Source: an uncultured Pseudomonadales bacterium (lineage in GTDB: Bacteria; Patescibacteriota; Microgenomatia; UBA1400; UBA1396). From it: 64,000 nucleotides of DNA. The stretch is taken from contig CAYUUK010000007.1 of assembly GCA_964447905.1 (NCBI GenBank), positions 513-64,512 of the forward strand, written 5' to 3'. Shown here one piece after another: positions 37,687 through 48,272 of this stretch. The notes below the pieces were generated by a model. It made no database searches. It saw nothing but the letters and a program-made list of their open reading frames with translations, and was not told the origin of the DNA. Position numbers and translations under genes: made by a program. The first letter of the stretch is position 1; each line of letters opens with the position of its first letter.

Positions 37687-39855
37687 TTAGTCTTCGAGTC
37701 GAGAGATGGTGTCGCGAATCTGTGCCGCTAGCTCAAAATTCCAGTCTTTGGCCGCATTGTTCATGACACGTTGCAGTTTGCGCGTGAGTGATTTTTTGTC
37801 GCTCGGCGTGAGTGTGGCAGGTTCGATGGACTCCAAAACGAGGGACTCTGTTTTATTGAGTTCGACTACTGTGCCCTGTGGCGTGGCGGTCTTTTCAAAT
37901 GGTTGCTGGTGCGTTTTTTCTTTGAGTGTAAACACTCCTGGTGTTGTGGACGGGGTGGTGCGTTTAATGAGTTGTTCCCGGATTGGTTTGGCGATGGTTG
38001 TGGGGGTAATACCGTGCTCTTCGTTATACGCGATTTGGATTTCGCGGCGGCGCTCGACTTCATCGATGGCGGCCTGCATGGACTTGGTCATGCGGTTAGC
38101 GTAGAGAATGACGCGGCCTTCCACGTGACGCGCGGCGCGACCCATGGTTTGGATGAGCGAGCTCGTGGAGCGCAGGAAGCCTTCTTGGTCGGCGTCCAAA
38201 ATGGCTACCAGAGTGACTTCTGGCAGGTCGAGGCCTTCCCGGAGGAGGTTTACCCCAATGAGCACGTCGTAGGCGCCACGACGGAGTTGCTCGAGGATCT
38301 CGCTGCGGTCGATGGTATCGATATCGGAGTGCAGATACTGCACTTTGGGGAGTTCCACATTGTGCCAGTCAATCTCGTAGCCGTGGTCTTTGAGGAGTTT
38401 TTCCACTTTCGATTTGTTGTTGAGGTACTGGGTCAGCACTTCAGCCATTTTTTTGGTGAGGGTGGTGACTAAAACGCGTTGGCCGCGTTCTTTGCGCACA
38501 AAAATTTCGTGAATGAGGTTGGGAATTTGGCCATCGACGGAGCGAATTTCTACCGGCGGGTCAACTAAACCCGTTGGCCGGACAATTTGCTCGACGACAT
38601 GGTGCTGGCTTTGTTCGATTTCCCACTCGTTGGGTGTGGCCGACACGTACATGGTTTGGTCGAGCCGGTCTTGAAACTCATGGAACTGCAGCGGACGGTT
38701 ATCAATTGCTGCCGGCAAGCGGAATCCGTACTCGATGAGGGTTTCCTTTCGTGAACGGTCGCCAGCGTACATGCCACGGACTTGTGGGGCGGTAATATGG
38801 CTCTCATCAAGAATAGTTAAGAACTGGCCGTCCCCAAACTTTTTGGCGTTGTAGTGGAAGTAGTCTAAGAGCGTGAACGGTGGTTCGCCTGGCTGGCGGC
38901 CGTCAAAGTAGCGGGAGTAGTTTTCGATGCCGTTCACAAATCCAACTTCGCGAATCATGTCTACGTCGTGGAGAGTGCGTTGTTCCAGGCGATAGGCCTC
39001 GACGACCTTGTTTTGCGCTTTGAGTTCTTCAACGCGTTGACGCATGTCGGTCTCGATTTGGGTGAGTGTGTCATGTACGTCGGTACCGGCAATGTAGTGT
39101 TTGGCCGGGTAGAGGCGAGTGCGTTTCGGGGCGTAGTCGCCGGTCATGGGGACCGGTTCGTTCCAGCGCTCGCCATTCGTGGGGTCAATGCGGTCGAGGC
39201 GTTCGATGGTGTCGGCGGGCATGGCGAGTGAGAGGGCCCAATTTTCGTTGGCGGGCCAGATTTGGATACGGTCACCACGAATGCGGAAGGTACCACGCAA
39301 GAGGTCGGCGGTAGTCCGCATGTACTGCATGTCAATCAAACGCTGAATGAGTGTTTGGCGGGAAATAATTTCGCCTTCAATAAGGTCGAGCGCGTGTGTC
39401 GCAAAGTCTTCCGGTTTTCCCAAGGCGTAGATACACGATACAGAGGAGACGACAATAGTGTCTGGGCGGGAGAGTAAGTTGGCTGTGGCCCCGAGGCGAA
39501 GTTTGTCGATTTCGTCGTTGATGGTGGCCTCTTTTTCGATGTAGGTGTCGCTGCTCACAATATAGGCTTCAGGTTGGTAGTAGTCGTAGTACGACACAAA
39601 GTAGCTGACGGCGTTGTCTGGGAAAAAGTCGCGGAACTCTTGGTAGAGCTGCGCGGCGAGGGTTTTGTTGTGGGCAATGACGAGTGTGGGTTGTTGCAGG
39701 TTCTGGATAACTTGCGCCATAGTATACGTTTTCCCAGAGCCAGTAACTCCCAACAGAACCTGATCCTTTTGACCGCTGCGGTACTGCTCGGTGAGCTGCT
39801 CGATGGCCTTGGGTTGGTCACCGGCTGGCTGGTAAGAAGATTTGAGGGAAAACAT
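37687..39855 (-). CDS. uvrB: excinuclease ABC subunit B
   Basis: LLGVTGSGKT Walker A; YFVSYYDYYQPEAY beta-hairpin; C-terminal UVR domain. Confidence 0.95.
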   Translation of the reverse strand: MFSLKSSYQPAGDQPKAIEQLTEQYRSGQKDQVLLGVTGSGKTYTMAQVIQNLQQPTLVIAHNKTLAAQLYQEFRDFFPDNAVSYFVSYYDYYQPEAYIVSSDTYIEKEATINDEIDKLRLGATANLLSRPDTIVVSSVSCIYALGKPEDFATHALDLIEGEIISRQTLIQRLIDMQYMRTTADLLRGTFRIRGDRIQIWPANENWALSLAMPADTIERLDRIDPTNGERWNEPVPMTGDYAPKRTRLYPAKHYIAGTDVHDTLTQIETDMRQRVEELKAQNKVVEAYRLEQRTLHDVDMIREVGFVNGIENYSRYFDGRQPGEPPFTLLDYFHYNAKKFGDGQFLTILDESHITAPQVRGMYAGDRSRKETLIEYGFRLPAAIDNRPLQFHEFQDRLDQTMYVSATPNEWEIEQSQHHVVEQIVRPTGLVDPPVEIRSVDGQIPNLIHEIFVRKERGQRVLVTTLTKKMAEVLTQYLNNKSKVEKLLKDHGYEIDWHNVELPKVQYLHSDIDTIDRSEILEQLRRGAYDVLIGVNLLREGLDLPEVTLVAILDADQEGFLRSTSSLIQTMGRAARHVEGRVILYANRMTKSMQAAIDEVERRREIQIAYNEEHGITPTTIAKPIREQLIKRTTPSTTPGVFTLKEKTHQQPFEKTATPQGTVVELNKTESLVLESIEPATLTPSDKKSLTRKLQRVMNNAAKDWNFELAAQIRDTISRLED

Positions 39856-39949
39856 GAAGGTCTATTATAGCAGGCAGAAAAAAACGAAACTGGTCGCCTT
39901 TTTATGACACTTGCTTGTGTGTCTTTCGGTGTGTTATGCGTTGGTGAGG

Positions 39950-41707
39950 TTACTCAATGTACTGGAATGAACCCTCGACCACTCGAAGCCCTGGAATAGG
40001 GGTGGAAGAAGAAGTAGCTGATGGTGTTTCACTGGTTTGTGCTGGTTGGAGGGTGTTGATGAGCCGGCGCAGCGTAGCAATTCCAAATGCGAGTCCAGTT
40101 CGAGCGACGGTTAAGGAGTGGTCGATGGAAAACTCTCCATCTTCTTCTTTGAGTTCGATAGCAAATTGGGTGAGTGTCTTTTGTGGCTGATCCTGACGAT
40201 TGGCTTCAACAGTACCTGTCGTTTGGGGTCCCTGAATAATTTCAATGTTGAGCTGTCTATTCTTAAAGAAATTCTTTCCTTGGTGAATGCGCGCTTCATA
40301 GGCGTATCCGTTTTCTGTCCATTGGAGTGCATACCCCTTGGAGGGGAGATTGCTCGGATTTTCTGGAGTTGTTGTTTCTGCGTTTTCTTCACAGAGGTTC
40401 CAGAGCTCTTGCGTTTGCTCCATGAGTTCTTCGGCATCCAGTCGAGCGTTTAGTTCCTGGAGGGTAAGGAGGTCGACATCGAGTTGGGTGAGAGGCCGCT
40501 CTTTTTGGCGTGGTTTTGCTTCGCGGTACTGGTAGGTTTGTTCGTTGGTTTTTTCTACGAGGGGATACAATTGCTCGGGCAAGAGGTACTCATGACGTGA
40601 AAGTGTCTCGGTTTTATTTGTATCTGAATTACGTTGAGTAACAGTGACTGTGATCTTTTTTTTGTCAGAAGAAGGTTGAATGATCAGATTTGTTCGTTCG
40701 CCAAGTGGAATGAGAGTGTGCTGGCTTTTAGTAATTTCATGAAGGAATCGCGTGCCTGGTTCATTTTTTACCCTGTACATATTAGGATTATTTTTTCTCT
40801 CTATAAGAACATTACTCGTGCCGCGCATGCCCGGACCTATTCCTAAAGATTCTTCTAAAGGTTGTGAAAAATATAACTCGATGTCCCAGAAGAGAGGGGA
40901 CTCAGCGTTCTTGTCATCGGTTTTTTCTCTTGTAAAAGTTACTTTCTCTCTTATTCGTGGATCACTAAATATTTTTGGTTGCTCTTCTTTTGGGATTGGG
41001 CGTGAAGTTTCTTCTAGGAATTCCTTCTTAGACATCGGCCAAAGTAAGTATGGTGAGTCTAGTTTGGCTATAGGTTTAGGATTTTCTAGATGCTGCCGTA
41101 TTACTGATTGTCTTGTTAGATGAGTGTCTACTTTGCCTAATACAAATTGTAAGGATTCTTGCAGTGATGGATCTTGTAAAAGAACTGGCTCTTTTGCTTT
41201 ATTGGCACTGTAGCCAGTATTAACGAAATACACTGATCCACTCGGTGCGACCGACGGATCAACCGCGGCGTGAACGAACTGAGTCTTAGTAAGGAGTTGG
41301 GTTGGCACTCCATTTTCAAATTGAATTACTGAGATATCGGCATGCCAGTGTGGTGAGTCAGAAGATGATTGCGCTGCCTTTTTTGCTATTTTGAACTGGA
41401 AGCCGCGGGTGCCTTCCTTGGTTCTCCATTTGTAAAATATCAAAATACCTTCGTTTTTTTCAATTTCTGCACCATTCGAAATAATTTCATTAACGATGTC
41501 ATTCTTTACAATTTGGTCTATCAATTGAGCTATTTTTTGAATGCTTGGCTCTGCCTCAGCCTCAACAAGTTTAAAGTTTCTCCCTTCAGTAAGGGGAACG
41601 AAATCAGGAAATGCTTTTTTGGCAGGGCTCTCCTTGGGCCAGTACGCAAGGTTTGGTCCTGGGTATTCACGGACGGTTGGTGTGCGCTTTCGAATTGCTT
41701 TTACCAT
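39950..41707 (-). CDS. hypothetical protein (orphan), low GC, divergent from lexA
   Basis: 585 aa ORF, no recognisable domain, no TM; GC is visibly lower than the surroundings. Confidence 0.45.
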   Translation of the reverse strand: MVKAIRKRTPTVREYPGPNLAYWPKESPAKKAFPDFVPLTEGRNFKLVEAEAEPSIQKIAQLIDQIVKNDIVNEIISNGAEIEKNEGILIFYKWRTKEGTRGFQFKIAKKAAQSSSDSPHWHADISVIQFENGVPTQLLTKTQFVHAAVDPSVAPSGSVYFVNTGYSANKAKEPVLLQDPSLQESLQFVLGKVDTHLTRQSVIRQHLENPKPIAKLDSPYLLWPMSKKEFLEETSRPIPKEEQPKIFSDPRIREKVTFTREKTDDKNAESPLFWDIELYFSQPLEESLGIGPGMRGTSNVLIERKNNPNMYRVKNEPGTRFLHEITKSQHTLIPLGERTNLIIQPSSDKKKITVTVTQRNSDTNKTETLSRHEYLLPEQLYPLVEKTNEQTYQYREAKPRQKERPLTQLDVDLLTLQELNARLDAEELMEQTQELWNLCEENAETTTPENPSNLPSKGYALQWTENGYAYEARIHQGKNFFKNRQLNIEIIQGPQTTGTVEANRQDQPQKTLTQFAIELKEEDGEFSIDHSLTVARTGLAFGIATLRRLINTLQPAQTSETPSATSSSTPIPGLRVVEGSFQYIE

Positions 41708-41829
41708 GTTTGCTCACTATAGTATTTTTCCATTTTAAAAACAAGAATTCAGTTTGTATGTTTTGAGATAGTTTTGATACTGAAAGATGATATTTACAAC
41801 GCTCCTTCATTTTGGGTATTGTATGTGTA

Positions 41830-41857
41830 GTTCGGTGATTGTTCGCCGGAAATGAAC
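41830..41857. promoter_or_regulatory. candidate LexA operator: GTTC-N7-GTTC-N9-GAAC
   Basis: aGTTCggtgattGTTCgccggaaatGAAC lies in the control region shared by lexA and the divergent orphan gene. Confidence 0.25.
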
Positions 41858-42541
41858 CCGAAAGAAAACGCACGAGTAGTGAGTGGCACAGGAGCCACTG
41901 CTTCTCCAGAAAGGCCGCCCATGGCAGTAACGCTGTACCGCCGTCAACGACAGATTGTAGACTTTATCGCGCAGTATATTCAAATGAATAACTATTCGCC
42001 AACGTTGCAAGAAATTGCCGACGCAATTGGGGTGTCATCTTTAGCCACAGTGCACGAGCACTTGTGTGCGCTCGAGAAAAAACGAGTGATTCGTCGTGCC
42101 GACGGTGCTGTGCGCGGTATCGAACTCATGGACCGAACTTTTCTGAAAATTTCTGAAGGTATTGATTTGCCAATTCTTGGTTTCGTGGCGGCTGGTCGTC
42201 CAATCGAACCCTACACCGATCCCAATGCCACCTTTAAAGTTTCCCCTCACTTGGTATCTGGCAAAAGACGGGCCTATGTTCTTCAGGTAAAAGGTGAGTC
42301 AATGATTGAAGACGGAATCCTCGACGGTGATTACGTAGTTATCGAAGAGCAGGAAGATGTGCGCGATGGCGACATCGTCGTAGCACTGCTAGACAATGGT
42401 TTGGCGACACTCAAGCGTTTCTATCGTGAAGCCACCCGGATTCGCCTCGAGCCAGCAAATGCTACCATGTCTCCTATCTACGCTACGAATGTAAAAATTC
42501 AAGGACGCTGCGTTGGCCTTATTCGCAAGTTTATTGCGTGA
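41852..42541 (+). CDS. lexA: LexA repressor (S24 peptidase); the true start may be the ATG at 41921
   Basis: N-terminal winged helix; AAG cleavage site; GESM Ser and LKR Lys catalytic dyad region. Confidence 0.85.
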   Translation: MNPKENARVVSGTGATASPERPPMAVTLYRRQRQIVDFIAQYIQMNNYSPTLQEIADAIGVSSLATVHEHLCALEKKRVIRRADGAVRGIELMDRTFLKISEGIDLPILGFVAAGRPIEPYTDPNATFKVSPHLVSGKRRAYVLQVKGESMIEDGILDGDYVVIEEQEDVRDGDIVVALLDNGLATLKRFYREATRIRLEPANATMSPIYATNVKIQGRCVGLIRKFIA

Positions 42542-43451
42542 GAACTTCTGCCTGGCTAGAGGTCTGCTGAATTTTCTGTAGCCATGTGTACTGTTTCTTA
42601 GCGTAGTGGTGTTCTTGTCGAGTCCACAAGGTAGTTGCCGCATCTCTCGATATGCGGCCCTCTAGAAAACTGCGAAGGAATTTATATCCTGTGGCTGAAA
42701 ATGCTGGGGAGTTCCAATCGTCATATTTTTGCATTAATGTTTCGGTTTCGTGGAGTGCTCCATTTTGCATCCTGGATATTACTCGTTCGGCAATGGCTGT
42801 TTTGACACGTTCTTTGGGTGGACTGAGGAGGATGAGTTGATACTCATTTTCTTTGAGGTGTGGTTTGGGCACACTGTACTCACTTTCAGCCGTTTCAATA
42901 GCCCGCACCAGCCGGCGGGGGTTACTTCGGTCCGATGCGTTCATGCTCTTCCATTTATCTGAATGCATCTGTTCCAGTCTTTTTTGGAGTGCAGGCACGG
43001 TTTCGTCTTTGAGTTCAGCGCGCAGCTCGTGATTAACGGGCGCGAACAAGGTCTCTGGTGGGTCAATCAGTACATTGGCATAAGGCCACGATCCACCAAG
43101 AAGTATCAGTGGTTTGTTATCCTGTCGGTGTGTTTCAAGAATACTTTGTGCGTAGCGGTAGAAATGAGCGATGCTCCAGGCTTCTGTAGGGAGTTTGAGG
43201 TCAAAGCCGAACAGTGTCGTCTGTCCGTTCGAATAGACTGGGTTTTTCTGCAAATGAGGAGAGCTGGCATCCTGCAGCAAAAAATCTTCAGGAATGTCTT
43301 TGCCGGTAACAATATCCATGTCTTGATACACATGGCGAGAGTCAAAGGACACTATATTTGCCCCTGATTTACGTGCCTCCTGGAGTGCCCAGCTGCTTTT
43401 TCCACTTGCGGTTGGTCCATACAGAATGGTGAAGAGTCTTGAAGTGTGCAT
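42531..43451 (-). CDS. miaA: tRNA dimethylallyltransferase
   Basis: ILYGPTASGKSS P-loop; VSFDSRHVYQDMDIVTGK matches the MiaA signature. Confidence 0.8.
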   Translation of the reverse strand: MHTSRLFTILYGPTASGKSSWALQEARKSGANIVSFDSRHVYQDMDIVTGKDIPEDFLLQDASSPHLQKNPVYSNGQTTLFGFDLKLPTEAWSIAHFYRYAQSILETHRQDNKPLILLGGSWPYANVLIDPPETLFAPVNHELRAELKDETVPALQKRLEQMHSDKWKSMNASDRSNPRRLVRAIETAESEYSVPKPHLKENEYQLILLSPPKERVKTAIAERVISRMQNGALHETETLMQKYDDWNSPAFSATGYKFLRSFLEGRISRDAATTLWTRQEHHYAKKQYTWLQKIQQTSSQAEVLTQ

Positions 43452-43460
43452 ACGATACTT

Positions 43461-44150
43461 TTAGGTGAGTTGTAATCGGTACCCAAGTCCATAGATTGAC
43501 TCGATGGTGACTTGGAGTGGTTGCAGTTTCTTACGAAGTCTTTGGATAGTAACGTGGACTGCGCTACGAGTAATGGTACTGTGACCTTTTTCCCAGTAGA
43601 TTTGTTGCAGATCATCTTTGGTAACGTGTCCATCGTGAGTCTGCAGGAAAATTCGTAAAAACTCACTTTCTCTTTGACTGAGACGCACAGTGCTCTCGAG
43701 CCGACAAGCCATGCGGCTTTGGGTGTCAAAATTGAGGTCGGCATACATGACCTGTGCTGTTCTTTGGACCGGTCCTCTCTTGAGTAGTGTCTTCAAGTGC
43801 AGCTGGATAGAGCGAGGAGTGAGCGGTTTGGTGAGAAAAGCATCGGCGCCAAGTTTCAAGGCTTCCATACGCAGTGTTTCGTCGCTATTGCTTGTCAGTA
43901 CACATATTTTGGTATGGTTGTTGTCATGAATGATTTGCGAAATGAGTTCTAGGCCGGTGCCGTCTGGCAAGCTATAGTCGACGATTACAATATCGTAGGG
44001 AGTTTGTCTGAGAGCAATATGCTGAACACCCCCGTGGAAGGTGGTGACGGCGTCAACGCGAAAGTCTGGGCGTAAAAAATGAACGAGATTTTGAGTAAGA
44101 GCAGCGTTATCTTCCACAATAAGGATTGATGGGCGGTGACTGCGAGACAT
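43461..44150 (-). CDS. OmpR-family response regulator
   Basis: Receiver domain (ILIVEDN...D...LTKP) and a winged-helix trans_reg_C domain (RLRKKL...GLGYRL). Confidence 0.8.
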   Translation of the reverse strand: MSRSHRPSILIVEDNAALTQNLVHFLRPDFRVDAVTTFHGGVQHIALRQTPYDIVIVDYSLPDGTGLELISQIIHDNNHTKICVLTSNSDETLRMEALKLGADAFLTKPLTPRSIQLHLKTLLKRGPVQRTAQVMYADLNFDTQSRMACRLESTVRLSQRESEFLRIFLQTHDGHVTKDDLQQIYWEKGHSTITRSAVHVTIQRLRKKLQPLQVTIESIYGLGYRLQLT

Positions 44151-44220
44151 GAAAGCAATTATATCGTACGTGATAACAAAAAAATAACAATTTTTTTTAA
44201 AACAGCTTTTTGTAGTCTGG

Positions 44221-44490
44221 TTACTCTATACGAATAATCTGTTCATTTGGGCGCTGACGCTGCAGTTGTTCTCGAGCTCGTCGCTCGAGCTCAAAACTAC
44301 TCGTGGCGTTTTCTACTTCCTGTCGCATGTGCTCTGTCTGCTGTTCTAAAAGCTCAACCGCTTTTTCTTCCTCTTTAATATTTTGTAAAGCTTGGTAGGA
44401 TGTCAAAATGGTTCGTAAAAATGAGATCACTAAAAGCGCGATAAAAATCACGGCTATGAGGCGAATGAGGAGCGTTGTAAGTGATTTCAT
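44221..44490 (-). CDS. FtsB/DivIC-like septum formation initiator
   Basis: N-terminal TM; coiled coil; ELERRAREQL C-terminal motif. Confidence 0.5.
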   Translation of the reverse strand: MKSLTTLLIRLIAVIFIALLVISFLRTILTSYQALQNIKEEEKAVELLEQQTEHMRQEVENATSSFELERRAREQLQRQRPNEQIIRIE

Positions 44491-44620
44491 AGTGGTGTGA
44501 GTGTGTCTTTATAAGACACTTGACTTAATATTATCGGACATTACAATAAACAGTACTGCTGCATTGTAGTATAAGCGAATTGAAACGCATACTCTGCGGT
44601 AGTATCTTGAGAAGAAGATT

Positions 44621-45478
44621 ATGTGGAAACAACAAATTGACGAGTATGTCGAATGGCTCAAACGTTCAGGAAAAGCTGATGCTACGATTGTTGCCTATCA
44701 AAAAGATATTGAGCAGCTCGCTGAGTTTCTGTTAAAAGGTGGCAAAACTGATTTTCAGCAGGTAATCACTGAAGATGTTGAGGCCTACAAGGCACAACTT
44801 ACTAAGAATCGTTACACCGATAAATCTATTTCTCGCAAACTCAACTCAGTAAAATCTTTTTTTAAGTATTTAGTCGAAAAAGATATTGTTGCTGAGAATC
44901 CTGTGCGTAAGGTTTCTCACCCCAAGTACAAAGTATCCCCTCCGCGTATTTTGGCCCGTATGGAGTATCGTGCTTTGCGTGATGCTTGTAAGACCGACGC
45001 TCGCATGAGTGCTGTTGTAGAACTTTTGTTACAAACAGGAGTGAGGATTAGCGAGTTAGCTGCTTTGCAGGTAGAAGACATATCAGTTGAGAAAAAAGAA
45101 CTGTTTATCCGTGCTCATGGCTCACATCCTTCTCGAATAGTGCCTTTAAATGAAACCGCCCTAGAGGCTATTCAGCTCTACCAAAAGATTCGTCCTCGCA
45201 CAAAAGAGCGCACCTTTTTCTTAACGAAAAGCTGTCGGCCCTTTCTAGTGCGTAATATTCGAAGTGCCATTGATCGCTACTTTAAAGTTGCCGGAATTAC
45301 TGACGCAAAAGTAAACGACTTGCGGCACACCTTTATTGTTGAGCAGTTGTCTGCCGGTGTTCCCTTGGTCAATGTGAGCAAGATTGTGGGACACAAGCGA
45401 ATTTCTACTACTGAACGATATCTTCAATTCCTAGATTTAGAAGATATGCACACCAACGTAGAGATTCGTGAACTCTAA
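44621..45478 (+). CDS. tyrosine site-specific recombinase (XerC/XerD family)
   Basis: N-terminal SAM-like core-binding domain; catalytic region with R...HxxR...Y (LRHTFIV...GHKRISTTERYLQ). Confidence 0.85.
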   Translation: MWKQQIDEYVEWLKRSGKADATIVAYQKDIEQLAEFLLKGGKTDFQQVITEDVEAYKAQLTKNRYTDKSISRKLNSVKSFFKYLVEKDIVAENPVRKVSHPKYKVSPPRILARMEYRALRDACKTDARMSAVVELLLQTGVRISELAALQVEDISVEKKELFIRAHGSHPSRIVPLNETALEAIQLYQKIRPRTKERTFFLTKSCRPFLVRNIRSAIDRYFKVAGITDAKVNDLRHTFIVEQLSAGVPLVNVSKIVGHKRISTTERYLQFLDLEDMHTNVEIREL

Positions 45479-45523
45479 GAAACCGTAGCAGTTTGTGTAT
45501 TTTCGCCTGTTATAATAGCGGTC

Positions 45524-45874
45524 ATGAAGCCTAGCATTTCTTTCCCCGATTGGTTACAAGTAGACGTTCGACTCGGAACTATAGTCGAAGCATCAAACCC
45601 AGAATGGTCAAATAAGCTCATTGAACTTCATGTAGATTTCGGTGAGGAACTGGGCGAGCGAACTATTTTCACCGCAATGCGTGACTTTAAAAGCCCTGAT
45701 GATTTTGCTGGTAAGCAGGCACTATTTTTAGTGAACTTACCTCCCAAAAAAATGGGTGAACATGTCAGTGAAGGCATGATCTTAGCACTTGAGGCACCAA
45801 ACACAGATAGTAATTCAGAACCAGTTATGCTACTGTTTGACAACATTGCGCCAAATGGCTCACAGATTGCATAG
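45524..45874 (+). CDS. tRNA-binding domain protein (CsaA/Trbp111-like)
   Basis: DVRLGTIVEA...KLIELHVDFGEE...LFLVNLPPKKMGEHVSEGMILA is the OB-fold tRNA-binding signature. Confidence 0.65.
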   Translation: MKPSISFPDWLQVDVRLGTIVEASNPEWSNKLIELHVDFGEELGERTIFTAMRDFKSPDDFAGKQALFLVNLPPKKMGEHVSEGMILALEAPNTDSNSEPVMLLFDNIAPNGSQIA

Positions 45875-45891
45875 ATATATATAAGGATAAT

Positions 45892-47790
45892 ATGGCACAA
45901 AAGAAGACTTCCAATACTTCACAAGAGACTGGCTCAAAGAAGCCTGCACCAAAAAAAGAAGGCCGACGATTAGAGATGCAGTTTAATTTTAATCCGCGTC
46001 GCATGTTTGTGTGGCTTTTGCTTGGATTATTGTTTTTACCGCTTTTGGTAAATATTTTCTTTGGTGCGAATCGAGAAGATGTGGCGTTGTCGCAACTTTT
46101 GCAAGATGTGCGTTCAGAGCAAGTGGAGTCTGTAGAAGTCACAGGTGCTGAGGTTGCCTTGCAGTACAGCGATGGTACTGAGAAGAAGTCTCGCATGGAA
46201 AATGGCCAAGATTTTGTGAGCTTGCTCGACCAAATTGGCGTTGATCCAACCTCGGTTGAAATTTCCGTTCGCGGCATGACCGCGGCCTCACTGTTCTGGG
46301 ACTTTGTGGTGAACTTCTTGCCACTTCTCCTCATGGTAGTGTTCTTCTTATTCCTCTTCCGCCAAGCACGTGGCGCCCAAGGCGACATGCTCGGATTCGG
46401 AAAGAGCAAAGCGAAGTTCTTTGTAAAAGGCAAACAGGATATCAGCTTCAAAGATGTTGGTGGTATGAAGGAAGCCAAACAAGAACTCGAAGAAATTGTT
46501 GACTTCATGAAGCATCCAAAAAAGTATCGTGATCTTGGTGCTCGTACACCAAAGGGTGTGCTCTTGGTCGGTCCGGCGGGAACCGGTAAGACCTTACTGG
46601 CACGCGCCGTGGCAGGAGAAGCGGGTGTGTCCTATCTCTCGATTGCTGGTTCTGAGTTTATGGAGATGTTAGTTGGTGTCGGTGCTGCTCGGGTACGTGA
46701 CTTGTTTGAAACCGCTAAAAAAATGGCCCCGGCCATTATCTTTATTGACGAAATCGACGCTATTGGTCGTAAGCGCGGAAACTCTAGCGGTGTTGGGAGC
46801 CATGACGAGCGCGAACAAACGCTCAACCAAATCTTGGTCGAGATGGATGGTTTCACCCCCAAAGACAATGTGGTTGTCTTGGCCGCTACGAACCGTGGTG
46901 ATGTTCTCGACCCAGCTTTGACCCGTCCAGGTCGTTTTGACCGCCGTGTGTCGGTGACATTGCCAGATATTGAGGAGCGTAAGAAGGTGCTCGCGATTCA
47001 TAGTGAAAACAAACCATTTACCGATGATGTGAACTGGGAGGTCGTAGCTAAGCGGACCGTTGGTTTCTCTGGCGCGGACCTGGAAAACATGCTCAACGAA
47101 GCTGCTATTTTAGCTGCTCGTGAGAATAAGAAGAAGATCGATATGAAGGATATTGAAGAGGCTGCTCTGAAGGTCAAGTTAGGACCTTCTAAAAAGCGTC
47201 TGCAGTCTGAGTACGAGCGTCGTATGACGGCGTACCATGAAGTCGGTCACGCTATTGTGGCGCATATGTTGCCGCATGCTGATCGTGTGCACCGAGTTTC
47301 GATTGTTTCTCGTGGTTCTGCGCTTGGATTCACCTTGACTCCGCCAGATAAAGATAAGTATCAAGAAACGCGATCGGAAATGATGGCGGAGATGGCCGTC
47401 CTGTTAGGTGGTCGTGTGGCGGAAGATGTCTTCTTTAATGAACTTACTGGTGGAGCATCGAGCGATATCAGGAAAGTAACCGCGGTGGCCCGTCATATGG
47501 TTCTCGATTACGGTATGAGTGAACTTGGTCCGATCAACTTTAGTCCAGCTATGGATGAGCGTGGATACTCTGGTACAGAGTATCGGCCTTCCCCAGATAT
47601 TCAGGCTAAGGTTGACGCGGAAATGACTCGTTTGGTAGCCGAAGCTGAGAAGGTAACTCGTAAGCTTATTGATACCCATCGTAAGACAATGGATCGAGTA
47701 GTCGAGAAACTTCTGGAAGTTGAGACGCTCGAAGCTGAAGACTTTGAAGAGTTGGTGGGAGCTCCCAAAGCTACCGTTGACGAGAAGTAA
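45892..47790 (+). CDS. ftsH: ATP-dependent zinc metalloprotease FtsH
   Basis: [25 protein letters not shown]; second region of homology; HEVGHA zinc motif; two N-terminal TM. Confidence 0.95.
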   Translation: MAQKKTSNTSQETGSKKPAPKKEGRRLEMQFNFNPRRMFVWLLLGLLFLPLLVNIFFGANREDVALSQLLQDVRSEQVESVEVTGAEVALQYSDGTEKKSRMENGQDFVSLLDQIGVDPTSVEISVRGMTAASLFWDFVVNFLPLLLMVVFFLFLFRQARGAQGDMLGFGKSKAKFFVKGKQDISFKDVGGMKEAKQELEEIVDFMKHPKKYRDLGARTPKGVLLVGPAGTGKTLLARAVAGEAGVSYLSIAGSEFMEMLVGVGAARVRDLFETAKKMAPAIIFIDEIDAIGRKRGNSSGVGSHDEREQTLNQILVEMDGFTPKDNVVVLAATNRGDVLDPALTRPGRFDRRVSVTLPDIEERKKVLAIHSENKPFTDDVNWEVVAKRTVGFSGADLENMLNEAAILAARENKKKIDMKDIEEAALKVKLGPSKKRLQSEYERRMTAYHEVGHAIVAHMLPHADRVHRVSIVSRGSALGFTLTPPDKDKYQETRSEMMAEMAVLLGGRVAEDVFFNELTGGASSDIRKVTAVARHMVLDYGMSELGPINFSPAMDERGYSGTEYRPSPDIQAKVDAEMTRLVAEAEKVTRKLIDTHRKTMDRVVEKLLEVETLEAEDFEELVGAPKATVDEK

Positions 47791-47808
47791 GCAAACGCGC
47801 AACAATGA

Positions 47809-48270
47809 GTGTATATGGCCCGAAGAATTCGTGAAGAGCTGCTTGCGCAGCGCAGATTCCGACAAATGTTTGTTACGCTCATTGTGCTTGCACTGGTAGC
47901 CGGATTTCTTATTGTCCCAATTGAGCGAGGTGCCGGTCCCATACAAGATATTGAAGATGGCCTGTGGTGGGTGATTACAACCATCTCTAGTGTGGGGTAT
48001 GGAGACATGGTTCCGGTCACAACCCTGGGAAGAATCTTGGGAGCGATGCTTCAAGTGCTCGGTTTTGTAATGCTCAGTTTGCTGCTCGGTATGATGACGT
48101 TTGCTCTCAATAAAAAGCAAGAAACCATTTATTGGTCCCGAGAGTTTGAACGTTTTAATGCCCTCGAAAAAAAATTGACCGAAATGGAAAAACAGTTGCA
48201 GTATCTTGTTCGCTCGGATGCTGAAAAGCATGGCGACATTCCCCCTGATCATGAAAATGAGAGGGCGTAA
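47809..48270 (+). CDS. minimal two-TM potassium channel
   Basis: Selectivity filter TISSVGYGD between two TM helices. Confidence 0.7.
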   Translation: MYMARRIREELLAQRRFRQMFVTLIVLALVAGFLIVPIERGAGPIQDIEDGLWWVITTISSVGYGDMVPVTTLGRILGAMLQVLGFVMLSLLLGMMTFALNKKQETIYWSREFERFNALEKKLTEMEKQLQYLVRSDAEKHGDIPPDHENERA

Positions 48271-48272
48271 GC

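Noticed and set aside
37706-38472. Plus-strand ORFs of 132 and 189 aa inside uvrB
   Set aside because: They are antisense to an unambiguous uvrB and are GC-skew artefacts.
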